A stretch of DNA of 64,000 bases, from assembly GCA_010093605.1 (NCBI GenBank), contig MU004183.1:2232001-2296000 (forward strand). The letters run 5' to 3'. Shown here piece by piece: positions 63,101 through 64,000 of the stretch. The first letter of the stretch is position 1; the number at the start of each line of letters is the position of its first letter. A model generated the notes under the pieces. The model had not been told where the DNA came from. It did no database searches and saw nothing but the letters and a program-made list of their open reading frames with translations. The DNA is from Lophium mytilinum. Its lineage: Eukaryota. Position numbers and translations under genes: made by a program.

Positions 63101-63510
63101 GGGGGCTTTGGGTATTGGGCCGAGGTCTGAAAGGGGTTTTGGTGTCTTGAATTCAGGTTTGGAGGTTGTATAATGAGTTTGGTTTCTAAAGAGCTACCTA
63201 CTAGAACTCCCGAAGACTTAATAGCTCCTTCACAGTAGTAGCAAATGCTCATTCTACACATGCATAACGAAATTTCCGAATTGTCCAAACTTATTATAAT
63301 ACGGAAGCCTATAGCTTCTCCCCGGAAAGACGTTGGTCAGTCTGATATAGGCTACAGGCAGCTTTGCTTCATATTCTCTGTGCCATCCGATATTGTACGA
63401 GAGCTTGATTCCTACCGAATTCTCATAATCTAGTATGTATGTACATCTTATACAACCCCAAGGGTGCAAGGATCAGACCACCTCAACATTCCGCCCAACA
63501 GCCTTCCCGC

Positions 63511-64000
63511 CTAAGTTCCCACATCCCCCCCAAACCCAACCGGCCGCCTACCCTCTTTCCCAGGCACATGCGGCACAATCGCCATGGCCTTATATATCCG
63601 CCCCATCCCCGTCGGGCCCCGATCCACCAACCGCTTCCACCCTTCCTCAATCCTATCCACCCCCTCTTCCCCTTTCTTCCCCCTCGCCTTCCGCACCAGC
63701 ACCTCCGCTCGCTCCCGAATCCCCATCGCGCCCAGCCACACCCCCTGCTCGACCGGCCCATGCACCTCCACCCCCGGCGACGCCTTGATCGCCGCCTCGG
63801 CCAGCGCCACAAAGTCCACATCCGCCGAGATGTCGACTCTGCCCGGCGCCGCGAGCGGGGAGACGGGCGTGTGGGCGCGGATGCCGCGGAGCGAGTTGGT
63901 GGGGATCGTGGCCGAGGGGCCGTAGTCCAGGATCAAGGCCGCGCCAGATGGAGGCGAGGCGGCGGCGTCGGTGGAGCCGCCGATGCGGGTCGCGAAGTCG
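63511..64000 (-). CDS. Mitochondrial protein arginine methyltransferase NDUFAF7/MidA, 3' end only
   Basis: GAALILDYG..NSLRGIRAH..PGRVDISADVDF..GPVEQGVWL..MGI..RLVD..MGRIYKAMAI. The gene runs off the window end. Confidence 0.92.
   Translation of the reverse strand, partial: DFATRIGGSTDAAASPPSGAALILDYGPSATIPTNSLRGIRAHTPVSPLAAPGRVDISADVDFVALAEAAIKASPGVEVHGPVEQGVWLGAMGIRERAEVLVRKARGKKGEEGVDRIEEGWKRLVDRGPTGMGRIYKAMAIVPHVPGKEGRRPVGFGGDVGT

Noticed and set aside
1..64000. tRNA, rRNA, CRISPR arrays, intact transposons or a Starship captain
   Set aside because: The GGTTCGA hits lack cloverleaf context. No repeat-spacer arrays and no tyrosine recombinase, DDE or RT motifs were seen.

Overview
Gene-dense, intron-containing genomic DNA from a filamentous ascomycete. 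Short GT-AG introns with CTRAC/CTAAC branch sites and the F-box family type suggest a Dothideomycete, but that placement is inference. About 27 loci are recognisable. The conserved genes are glycine decarboxylase P (partial), an RBR E3 ligase, Ish1/Msc1, an Hva1-TUDOR protein, FKBP, a Gfo/Idh/MocA oxidoreductase, a GRE2-like reductase, NTF2, guanine deaminase, ARP9, NTE1, ATR/MEC1, COX16, TVP18, AIM21, HRI1 and NDUFAF7/MidA (partial). Two accessory stretches stand out. (1) At about 14-21 kb there is a head-to-head orphan gene pair. One gene encodes a putative PD-(D/E)XK (restriction-endonuclease-fold) protein broken by an exact 11-bp tandem duplication. Its partner appears to have a GT>AT splice-donor lesion. 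(2) At about 24-31 kb there are three diverged paralogous C2H2 zinc-finger genes, one of them a pseudogene hidden from the ORF track that carries two extra introns. I saw no tRNA, rRNA, CRISPR array or intact transposon. All assignments come from reading motifs by eye; no searches were run.
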